A DNA stretch of 64,000 nucleotides from Patescibacteria group bacterium. GTDB taxonomy: Bacteria > Patescibacteriota > Minisyncoccia > Phycocordibacterales > BOKC01. Location of the stretch: contig JBBTWE010000001.1 in assembly GCA_038062955.1 (NCBI GenBank), forward strand, positions 3,927-67,926, given 5' to 3'. Within the stretch, counting starts at the first letter, position 1, and every line of letters begins with the position of its first letter. The notes under the pieces were generated by a model. It searched no databases. It was not told the origin of the DNA and saw nothing but the letters and a program-made list of their open reading frames with translations. A program made the position numbers and the translations under genes. Below, piece by piece: positions 9,040 to 17,251 of this stretch.

Positions 9040-10032
9040 TTATTTGTCCCAAATAAAACCATTTCCAAAATGTCCGTATTTCGCTGTTTCTCGAAACTGG
9101 GGTTTTTCCAAGTTTAAGTATTCAATAATTGCTTTTGGTCGTAGATCATAGCCAACGATCTTTTCTTGAATACCATCCATAGTAACTACTTTCATAAGCG
9201 GTTCTGCGACTCCGATTGCGTAAGCAATGTGTACATAAACTTCTTGCACCCCTTTCTTTTTTAAGTAATCAACCGCGATTTTTCTTGCCATATAAGCTGC
9301 GCTTCTATCCACTTTCGTCGCATCTTTTCCAGAAAACGCGCCCCCTCCAAGTGGGATATGTGGCCCGTAATTATCTACCGCAAGTTTCCTTCCTGTTAAT
9401 CCAGTATCGGCATGAAATCCTCCTATAGTCCACGATCCATTTGGATTTTTAAGCCAGATATCTTTTATATTTTTAACGTTTGCGGGAAGATATTTTTTAA
9501 ATTCTTTTTGAATTACCGAATCCAGTTTTACATCACTCATATTTCCACTTTTGCATAGAGAAGTGACTATCTTTGTCACTTTTCCATTTTCTGTTGTTAC
9601 TTGAGATTTACCATCATGTCTTCCCATCGCTTTTGTTAATTTACGAGCAAGAACAACTTCAAGCGGAAGCATTTCTTTAGTTTCATTTGTGGCGTAGCCA
9701 ACCATGATTCCTTGATCGCCAGCACCTTCATTGTCCACACCTTTTTTAATTTCAGGACTTTGTTCGACTACATTTACGGTTATTCCAATATCATCGGCAT
9801 ATCCACAATCCAGATAAACTTCTTTTACAATTTTTCTAATATTGATTCGAGACTTTGTTGTGAGTTCTCCGGTAACCGTAATGATTCCGTGCCCACCAAG
9901 CACTTCAATGGCTGATCTTGTGTGTGGATCATCATGAAGGCATGCGTCTAAAATTGCATCAGATATTTGATCGCATATTTTATCTGGGTGCGCCAAAGTG
10001 ACAGATTCCGCTGTTCTTATTTTTGATAGCAT
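9040..10032 (-). CDS. metK: S-adenosylmethionine synthetase
   Basis: AESVTLAHPDKICDQISDAILDA, GAGDQGIMVGYA, GGGAFSGKD motifs. Confidence 0.9.
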   Translation of the reverse strand: MLSKIRTAESVTLAHPDKICDQISDAILDACLHDDPHTRSAIEVLGGHGIITVTGELTTKSRINIRKIVKEVYLDCGYADDIGITVNVVEQSPEIKKGVDNEGAGDQGIMVGYATNETKEMLPLEVVLARKLTKAMGRHDGKSQVTTENGKVTKIVTSLCKSGNMSDVKLDSVIQKEFKKYLPANVKNIKDIWLKNPNGSWTIGGFHADTGLTGRKLAVDNYGPHIPLGGGAFSGKDATKVDRSAAYMARKIAVDYLKKKGVQEVYVHIAYAIGVAEPLMKVVTMDGIQEKIVGYDLRPKAIIEYLNLEKPQFRETAKYGHFGNGFIWDK

Positions 10033-10061
10033 AAAAATAAATTTAATTATTTTGAATTCTG

Positions 10062-10263
10062 AAACTCTTTCTCATCGTAAGTTTTTGATAGACGCGCATA
10101 AAGGTTCTCGAAGAACCTTTGATCCGTCTTCGCTCGCGGATCATGAGAATAAAGATTCTCGCGATCCCGCTCGCTAGCCGGAGTAAAATCTTGCTAGATT
10201 TTTGCTATGCTCGGTCTATCGACCTCCGCAATATCTCTCAAAAACTATGATTTCGACGAGTTT
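10062..10263. repeat. MITE-like repeat, copy 2, with 82-bp GC-rich internal insertion (module C)
   Basis: Same termini as copy 1; internal ccgtcttcgctcgcggatcatgaga...cgctcgctagccggagtaaa; stem ggtc/gacc vs ggcc/ggcc in copy 1 (compensatory). Confidence 0.6.
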
Positions 10264-10284
10264 CTTAATTCAATGGATTAATAA

Positions 10285-10430
10285 TAAAAAACTCCCAATT
10301 GGGAGATAAACGAAATCTTTCACGAGATAACGATTATCCTTCCCTTGCGGGCTGGGTTGGCACCTTCTTAGTTTCCTAAGGGTTGTCGGCGGGTCACTGA
10401 GCCAGAACTCTAACCGCCTCTTGATAACAC
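10285..10430 (-). promoter_or_regulatory. SAM-I (S-box) riboswitch with intrinsic terminator, upstream of metK
   Basis: minus strand: GUUAUCAAGAGGCGG...CCGCCGACAACC...GGUGCCAA...CCCGCAAGGG...GGAUAAUCG aligns to SAM-I P1-P4; terminator CUCCCAAUUGGGAG+U6. Confidence 0.75.
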
Positions 10431-10533
10431 GTTTTGTGTTGCATTAAATATACACCAAACCATACTTTTGTGCCATTTTTCTTCCGTTAACTTTCTTTGA
10501 TTAAAAGTCAAAAGAAAGTTATTATCCTTAATT

Positions 10534-11538
10534 ATGAGGATTCTAATAACTACTGGAATATACCCGCCACAAATAGGCGGGCCCGCTCAATATGCCAAAA
10601 ATCTTAAGGAAGCCTTTGTTAATCAAGGTGTAAATATAGATTTAAGAACATATAAAATTGAGAGAAAATTGCCGACAGGAATTCGGCATCTATTTTTCTT
10701 TTTTCGAGTTTTTTTTGCGTTTATAAAATCAGATTTTTGTATTGCACTTGATACATTCAGTGTTGGCTTACCTTCAGTCTTGGCCTCAAAAATTCTTGGT
10801 AAAAAATTGATTATTCGCACAGGCGGAGATTTTTTATGGGAGAGTTATGTCGAGAGAACAGGGGATTTGGTATTGCTTCGAGAATTCTATGAAACCAGGA
10901 AATCAAAATTTTCTTTGAAAGAAAAAATAATTTTTAAACTTACAAAATGGACTCTGCAAAATGCTTCAGGAATTGTATTTAGCACAAAATGGCAAAAAGA
11001 AATGTTTGAGAAAGCATATTGGCTTCCACCTTCAAAAAATTTCATCATCGAGAATTTTTATGGCAAAAAAATTGAAAGTGTGGGTCCCCGCGAGAAAAAT
11101 TACTTAGCTTTCACTCGTCCTCTCAAATGGAAAAATATTGAATTACTAAAACGAGCTTTTGGTCATGCTAAAGGACTTGTTCCGGAAATTATTTTAGATG
11201 ATAAACAAGTTGGGTATGAAGAATCGATAGAGAAAATGAGAATAGCCTACGCCGTAATCCTAGTTTCTTTAGGGGATATTAGCCCCAATATGATTTTAGA
11301 TGCAATAAGATGCAATAAACCATTTATATGTACTAAAGAAACTGGAATTTATGACAGAATAAAAGATATCGGTATCTTTGTTGATCCAAAAAATGAACTG
11401 GAAATTGCCGAAAAAATAGTATTTCTTTCAAAGCCAGAGAACTACAAGATTTATAAAAAGAAAATCGAGAATTTTAATTTTACTCATTCATGGAGGGAAA
11501 TAGCAGATGAATTTTTAAATATTGCTTCAAAAATATGA
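10534..11538 (+). CDS. glycosyltransferase (GT4-like GT-B fold)
   Basis: N-terminal MRILITTGIYPPQIGGPAQYA typical of GT4 N-domain. Confidence 0.55.
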   Translation: MRILITTGIYPPQIGGPAQYAKNLKEAFVNQGVNIDLRTYKIERKLPTGIRHLFFFFRVFFAFIKSDFCIALDTFSVGLPSVLASKILGKKLIIRTGGDFLWESYVERTGDLVLLREFYETRKSKFSLKEKIIFKLTKWTLQNASGIVFSTKWQKEMFEKAYWLPPSKNFIIENFYGKKIESVGPREKNYLAFTRPLKWKNIELLKRAFGHAKGLVPEIILDDKQVGYEESIEKMRIAYAVILVSLGDISPNMILDAIRCNKPFICTKETGIYDRIKDIGIFVDPKNELEIAEKIVFLSKPENYKIYKKKIENFNFTHSWREIADEFLNIASKI

Positions 11539-12608
11539 AAATTTTAAATGTCAGTCTCGATCCAGAGAGTGGAAATTCGGATTCAAAAGTTTCTGGCCGA
11601 TTTAAAGATTATGGAAGTCTCGTAGAAAAATACGACATTTTGACGCTTGGATCACAAGCTCAAACTTATGATTTGAAGCCAAATGTTACAGTCACGGTCT
11701 TAAAACGTAGTAATAAACTCTCGGACTTTTTTATGATTTCGAAAGAGGCTTTTAAACTGCTTCGACATAAAAAATATGATCTTATAACAATCGCCGACCC
11801 ATACTTTATGGGGCTCAAAATGCTTAAAATTGCAAGGCTCTGTGGTGTGGCAATTGAGATCCAAGTTCATGGTTTTGAAAAATTACACGGGATAAGAAAA
11901 ATGGTCGCTAGATTTGTTTTGCGCCATGCTGATGGGGTGCGTGTTGTGTCAGGGCGACTTCAAAAACAGTTGGTGGAAGAATTTGGAGTTAAACAGGAAA
12001 AGATAACTGCCGTGCCAATTTTTGTTCCGACATCACTTCACGCACGAGCAAAACAAAATAATAAATTTACATTCTTAATGGTTTCCAGGCTTGTTCCTGT
12101 AAAAAATATTTCTTTTGCGATAAAGGCATTTAAAAAAGTTGTAGAAAACCATGATGCAGAACTTAAAATAGTGGGGGACGGTCCCGAAAGAGAAAAGCTT
12201 GAAAGTTTGGTGAAGGAATTGAAATTGGAAGGAAAAGTAAAGTTTTTAGGGAAACAAACAAACGTCGGATCTTTTTACCAAAGTGCTGATGCGTTTCTTC
12301 TAACTTCCGAAATGGAAGGATGGCCACTCGTGATTATGGAAGCGCTCTCGTATGGTTTACCGATAATAATTACTCCAGTTGGTCAGGTAGGAGAAATTTT
12401 ATTTGATAATATAAATGCTCTAGTTGTGCCGCAGGGGGATGTTGAAGCCCTCTCTTCTGCAATGACTCGATTTACTCAAGATGATAATCTCAGGCAAAGA
12501 TTAAGTACGCGGGCAAAAGAAACAATTGAAAAATTACCAAGTAAAGAAGAAATCTTAAAAAAATATTTATTGTCTTGGGAGTTGACCCTCAAAAATTCCA
12601 CTAAATAA
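11535..12608 (+). CDS. glycosyltransferase family 4
   Basis: SRLVPVKN...EMEGWPLVIMEALSYGLPII. Confidence 0.8.
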   Translation: MKILNVSLDPESGNSDSKVSGRFKDYGSLVEKYDILTLGSQAQTYDLKPNVTVTVLKRSNKLSDFFMISKEAFKLLRHKKYDLITIADPYFMGLKMLKIARLCGVAIEIQVHGFEKLHGIRKMVARFVLRHADGVRVVSGRLQKQLVEEFGVKQEKITAVPIFVPTSLHARAKQNNKFTFLMVSRLVPVKNISFAIKAFKKVVENHDAELKIVGDGPEREKLESLVKELKLEGKVKFLGKQTNVGSFYQSADAFLLTSEMEGWPLVIMEALSYGLPIIITPVGQVGEILFDNINALVVPQGDVEALSSAMTRFTQDDNLRQRLSTRAKETIEKLPSKEEILKKYLLSWELTLKNSTK

Positions 12609-12680
12609 TAGATTTGGATATAAAAAAACGGCCTAAGCAGAATTGCCTAGGCGCGTTCGGTTTGGTGTCGAGCTCGTGTG

Positions 12681-13085
12681 TCAGGTCTTCTTCAAGTCCT
12701 GCCACTCTTCGCTCTTCCACTTCCGCGGACCCATGTGCGCGTAGACGGTCTGTCCCGGCTTCGGCACGATCCAGTGGAGGTGAAGGTGTTCGATAGATCT
12801 TCCCGTTGTTTCGAATCCGCCCAATCTCATGAGGAGTGTTCCTTGGGGCCAGTTTTTTTGAACGAAAGGCATTACCCCAGTGTAGAATTCGCTCCAGAGT
12901 CCGAGAGTCTTCTGACTCCACCTGAACTTGGTTATGTGGTCCTTCGGTAGAAGCAAGAGATTGGTTTTGGCGTTGTCGTACGGAGCCTTATTGTCGGTTA
13001 CTCGCCAGCGTTCTGTCTCGAAGTAGATCGGTTCTTCGCGGATGTCGATTGCGGGTGAACAGAAAGGGCAATCCGTGGCGGTCAT
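12681..13085 (-). CDS. HIT-family (histidine triad) nucleotide hydrolase, GC-rich island
   Basis: HLHLHWI histidine triad; CPFC N-terminus; GGAGA SD; ~58% GC. Confidence 0.7.
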   Translation of the reverse strand: MTATDCPFCSPAIDIREEPIYFETERWRVTDNKAPYDNAKTNLLLLPKDHITKFRWSQKTLGLWSEFYTGVMPFVQKNWPQGTLLMRLGGFETTGRSIEHLHLHWIVPKPGQTVYAHMGPRKWKSEEWQDLKKT

Positions 13086-13144
13086 AATTGTCTCCTAGCC
13101 ATTTCTGGCATTATGGTTGTTTTTCTGGGAATTCCTGCTATACT

Positions 13145-14206
13145 ATGTCAGAAATGATAAAAATGTCAAGTAAAAAAAACCTATTAATTATCACCCAGAA
13201 AGTGGACCAAAATGACACCTTGCTTGGTTTTATGCATGGGTGGATTATAGAATTTGCTGCTAATTTCAAGAAAATTACAGTCATTTGCCTTCAAAAAGGC
13301 GAATATTCTCTACCTTCAAACGTTGAAGTGTTGTCTTTGGGTAAAGAGTTGGGAGCTTATAAAGTCGAATACATTTTTAATTTTTATCGTTATATTTTTT
13401 CGAGGCGGAAACAATATGACGCTGTTTTTGTGCACATGAATCCAGAATACGTGCTTTTGGGAGGAATTTTTTGGAGGTTGTGGGGCAAAAAAATAGTGCT
13501 TTGGTATAACCACACTTTCGGAAATTGGAAGTGTCGGTTTGCCATGAAGATTGTTAATGTCGTCTGTCATACATCTCCTTACGCATTTACAGCTAGGACA
13601 AAAAAATCACTTCAAATGCCAGCTGGAATTCCCACAGAAATTTTTAAGTTTGGTGGATTAAAAACCACGAAGCCATCAATTCTTTATGTGGGGAGAATTG
13701 CGCCCGTTAAGGATCTAGCTACTATTATTGGGGCTGTAAAAATTTTACACACCGAGAAAATAGATTTTACTCTTAACATATACGGAGAAGCTCTGCCTCG
13801 TTACAAAAAATATGAGGAGGAAATAAAAAAAGAAGCCCATGACCTGATAGATAAAGGACTTATTTTTTTTAAGGGAAGTATCCCAAATCGAGAGACGCCA
13901 AAAGTTTTTAGTGAATCGTGGGTATTTGTGAATCTCACCCCGTCTGGGAACTATGATAAAACAGTTCTTGAAGCGATGGCTTGTGAAAGTATTCCTGTTG
14001 CATCAAGCCGGGCTTTTGCTGAAATACTGCCTGCGAATCTAATTTTTAAAGAAAAAGATCCTGTGGATTTGGCAGAAAAAATAAAAAACATATTAGCATT
14101 TGGGGTACAAGATAGAGAAAAAATAGGAAAAGAAATGAGAAATACTGTAGAGAAAAGGGAGAGTCTTAATAAGTTAACTTCAAAAATAGTCGAAATTTTT
14201 AATTAA
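13145..14206 (+). CDS. glycosyltransferase family 4
   Basis: YVGRIAPVKD...NYDKTVLEAMACESIPV; internal ATG chosen, start uncertain. Confidence 0.65.
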   Translation: MSEMIKMSSKKNLLIITQKVDQNDTLLGFMHGWIIEFAANFKKITVICLQKGEYSLPSNVEVLSLGKELGAYKVEYIFNFYRYIFSRRKQYDAVFVHMNPEYVLLGGIFWRLWGKKIVLWYNHTFGNWKCRFAMKIVNVVCHTSPYAFTARTKKSLQMPAGIPTEIFKFGGLKTTKPSILYVGRIAPVKDLATIIGAVKILHTEKIDFTLNIYGEALPRYKKYEEEIKKEAHDLIDKGLIFFKGSIPNRETPKVFSESWVFVNLTPSGNYDKTVLEAMACESIPVASSRAFAEILPANLIFKEKDPVDLAEKIKNILAFGVQDREKIGKEMRNTVEKRESLNKLTSKIVEIFN

Positions 14207-14269
14207 CCAAAGAAAACTGGGAATATGTTTTTGGTGGCTAAAGTAGGCTTTTTTAGTTATATTAAATAG

Positions 14270-14911
14270 ATGTTTATCGCAATACTAAAACAATTAGCAA
14301 AGAAGAAGAGCTTGCTTCGATCTCTCATGAATATCGAAGCCTCGAACTACAGCATCTCTGGAGACGTCTTGGATTTGGGGGGTGGAGTGAGTCCAACTTA
14401 TTTTAATTTTTTGAAAAAAGAGATTGGCACAAAAATCTTGAACTTGGATTTAAAAAATGAAGGTCGTGAGAAAATTGATTTTGAAAAAGATCTTCTGCCT
14501 GTTACAACAGAATCTGTGCAAGGGGTTTTAGCGTTTAATCTTCTGGAGCATATTTATAATTATCGTCATTTAACCAGGGAAGCGGCTAGAGTGTTGAAGC
14601 AAAGAGGTCAAATGATTGGTTTTGTGCCATTCTTAATAAATTATCATCCTGATCCAAACGACTATTTTCGCTATACACGAGAATCTTTGCAGAAAATCTT
14701 TACTGAAGCGGGTTTTAAGGAAGTACAAATAAAAGCGATTGGTGTAGGGCCTCTTGCGGTTAATTTCAATATTTTGGCTCCGTTTCTGCCGACCATTTTA
14801 CGTTGTCTTTTGTTCCCGTTTTATTACTGTCTAGATAAAATAATTTTAAGATTACGTCCTAAAATGACCGAAAGATATCCTCTCGGATATTTCTTTTCAT
14901 TAACGAAGTAA
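14270..14911 (+). CDS. class I SAM-dependent methyltransferase
   Basis: VLDLGGG motif I, LEHI motif. Confidence 0.55.
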   Translation: MFIAILKQLAKKKSLLRSLMNIEASNYSISGDVLDLGGGVSPTYFNFLKKEIGTKILNLDLKNEGREKIDFEKDLLPVTTESVQGVLAFNLLEHIYNYRHLTREAARVLKQRGQMIGFVPFLINYHPDPNDYFRYTRESLQKIFTEAGFKEVQIKAIGVGPLAVNFNILAPFLPTILRCLLFPFYYCLDKIILRLRPKMTERYPLGYFFSLTK

Positions 14912-14928
14912 CAGAAATTTTAAAAAAA

Positions 14929-16074
14929 ATGAAGCTTGTTTATATTGCTAACGCTCGAATCCCAACCGAAAAGGCTCACGGTTATCAGATAATGAAGATG
15001 TGTGAAAGTTTTTCTTCCTTAGATTTGAAAGTGGAATTAGTTTTGCCGACAAAGAGAAATCGCATTAAGGACGATCTATTCAGTTTTTATAATATCAATA
15101 AAAATTTTGAGGTTAGGAAAATTAAAAGTCCTGATTTTATTGGAATCTGGCCAAAATTAGGAAAAGTCTCTTTTTGGCTCCAAAATATATTTTTTAGTAT
15201 AGCAATTCTTTTCACTAAATTTGAAAAGGATACTGTATTTTATACACGTGGAGCGGCAATAGTTTTTATTTTACGTCTACGTGGCAGACAGGTTTTTTTT
15301 GAATCTCACAGATTGTCGAATAATTCATTGGTCTACCGGATGCTCCTTGGTAAAAAAACCAAAATAATCTCATTAACCGAAGGAGCAAAAGAAGTTTATA
15401 TAAAATCAGGCTTTTTGAAAGAGAATATTATGGTTGCTCCGGATGCCGTTGATCTTCAAATTTTTGGCAATGGATTAAGTGTGGAAGATGCAAGGAGACG
15501 AGTAAATTTGCCGCTCAACAAAAAAATCATCGGATATTTTGGGAGTTTTAAAACAATGGGAGAAGATAAGGGACTTCGTGAAATAATTAAAGCTTTGGCG
15601 GGTTTGCCTCAAGATGTTTTTCTTTTGGCTGTTGGGGGTTTGGGTACTGAGCTTCAATTTTACGAGAAGGAAGCAGAGAAAATGCTAGGCCAAAACAGAG
15701 CAGCCTTTCGTCCCTCTGTACCTCGCAAGGAACTGTCTTTTCTAGAAGAATCGTGCGATATTCTACTTATGCCGTTTCCGGACACAGTGCATTACCGGTT
15801 CTTCATGTCTCCGCTAAAGATGTTCGAATATATGGCGAGTAAGCGGCCTATAGTTACCACAGATTTGCCGTCAATCAGAGAAATACTTGATGAGTCGAAT
15901 GCTGTTTTGGTTACTCCAGGCAACATAGAAAAACTTAAAGAGGCAATAAAATATCTTCTGGGTAATCCCGAAGTTGGTAAAAAATTGGCAGACAATGCTT
16001 TTACTGCAGTGAAAGAATATACCTGGGACAAAAGAGTCGAGAAAATTTATAGATTTATGATTTCAGATTTTTGA
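14929..16074 (+). CDS. glycosyltransferase family 4 (paralog A)
   Basis: FPDTVHYRFFMSPLKMFEYMASKRPIVTTDLPSIREIL. Confidence 0.75.
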   Translation: MKLVYIANARIPTEKAHGYQIMKMCESFSSLDLKVELVLPTKRNRIKDDLFSFYNINKNFEVRKIKSPDFIGIWPKLGKVSFWLQNIFFSIAILFTKFEKDTVFYTRGAAIVFILRLRGRQVFFESHRLSNNSLVYRMLLGKKTKIISLTEGAKEVYIKSGFLKENIMVAPDAVDLQIFGNGLSVEDARRRVNLPLNKKIIGYFGSFKTMGEDKGLREIIKALAGLPQDVFLLAVGGLGTELQFYEKEAEKMLGQNRAAFRPSVPRKELSFLEESCDILLMPFPDTVHYRFFMSPLKMFEYMASKRPIVTTDLPSIREILDESNAVLVTPGNIEKLKEAIKYLLGNPEVGKKLADNAFTAVKEYTWDKRVEKIYRFMISDF

Positions 16075-16130
16075 TTTCTAATATAGAATTTTTAATAAAT
16101 CTTAAATCTTAAATCGCACATCTTAAATCT
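16052..16130. repeat. inverted heptamer arrays (GATTTNN)x4 ... (NTAAATC)x4 abutting GTG start of 16131
   Basis: gatttat gatttca gattttt gatttct - 17 nt - aaatctt aaatctt aaatcgc acatctt aaatct. Confidence 0.5.
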
Positions 16131-17225
16131 GTGAAGTTACTATACGCCACATCTTTCGAAAAAACTTCTGGGCTAGCTAATCGCTTTCAGGTTTTAGCTA
16201 TGGCCAGAAGTTTTGGTAAGGTTTTGGATAAAAATTTTATTCTAGGAGCGGCATCATTCGAAGATAAAAAAGATGATATTTTAATTCATAATTTTAAGAC
16301 CACAAAATCTAGCATTCTTGCTTGGAGAGTTCTTAAATTTGTCAGAAAAAATAATATAAAAGTTGTTTATTCTAGGGAGCAGAATTTACTTTTTTTTCTG
16401 GTGATTTTTAATGCTTTATTTTTTAGGTTGCCGGTTAAGGTCGTTTATGAGGTTCATACTATACAAAAAACCCTGCGAGGGAATATTTTAGATTGGTTTT
16501 TGGGCCGTTTTATTTTTCTTCATGTTTTCTTAACAGATCATTTGAAGCAAGCTTATGTTAGAAAATATAAACTTTCGGAAACATCTAAAATAGTTGTTGC
16601 TCACGACGGAGTAGATATCTCTACTTTTGACGTAAACATTTCAAAACAAGAAGCACGAGAAAAATATAACTTGCCGCAAGATAAAAAAATTATTGGTTAT
16701 TTTGGTAGATTCAAAACAATGGGGATGGACAAGGGAATTAGTGATATTCTCAAGGCCTTAAAGAATCTTCCGACAAATATTGTTTTTCTTGCAATGGGTG
16801 GCAAGAAAAGGGACAGGGAAGAGTATGAGATACAGGCACAAAATTTAGGAGTGAGAGACAGAGTAATTTTCGTGGAGCAATTCGAACAGCATATTTTAGC
16901 AGAATACCAAAAAGCAGTGGATATTTTCCTCATGCCTTTTCCAGATACAGAACATTTTAGGTACTATATGTCTCCACTAAAGATGTTCGAATATATGGCT
17001 GCAAAACGTCCAATAGTCACAACTAATTTACCTTCTATTCGTGAGGTGTTGAATGAGACTACAGCGATGATTGTGCCGCCCGGGAATCCAGCAAAATTAG
17101 AACAGGCGATTAATTATCTTTTAGATAACCCAAAAATTGGAGAGGAATTATCCAGATTATCTTTTTTGAAAGTAAGTCAATATACTTGGGAGGAACGATG
17201 CAGAATCATTTTGGAAGTTATCTAA
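16131..17225 (+). CDS. glycosyltransferase family 4 (paralog B)
   Basis: FPDTEHFRYYMSPLKMFEYMAAKRPIVTTNLPSIREVL; tandem duplicate of 14929. Confidence 0.75.
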   Translation: MKLLYATSFEKTSGLANRFQVLAMARSFGKVLDKNFILGAASFEDKKDDILIHNFKTTKSSILAWRVLKFVRKNNIKVVYSREQNLLFFLVIFNALFFRLPVKVVYEVHTIQKTLRGNILDWFLGRFIFLHVFLTDHLKQAYVRKYKLSETSKIVVAHDGVDISTFDVNISKQEAREKYNLPQDKKIIGYFGRFKTMGMDKGISDILKALKNLPTNIVFLAMGGKKRDREEYEIQAQNLGVRDRVIFVEQFEQHILAEYQKAVDIFLMPFPDTEHFRYYMSPLKMFEYMAAKRPIVTTNLPSIREVLNETTAMIVPPGNPAKLEQAINYLLDNPKIGEELSRLSFLKVSQYTWEERCRIILEVI

Positions 17226-17251
17226 TGGTAAAAATATAATTATCTATTGTT

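Noticed and set aside
12601-12950. ORFs 12601..12921 (-), 12614..12796 (+), 12678..12950 (+)
   Set aside because: They are shadow frames of the HIT gene, which has the HxHxHxx triad.
13088-13144. Upstream extension of the GT4 gene (ORF-track start 13088)
   Set aside because: The N-terminal MSPSHFWHYGCFSGNSCYT has no counterpart in GT4 N-termini, so an internal ATG was preferred. This is uncertain.
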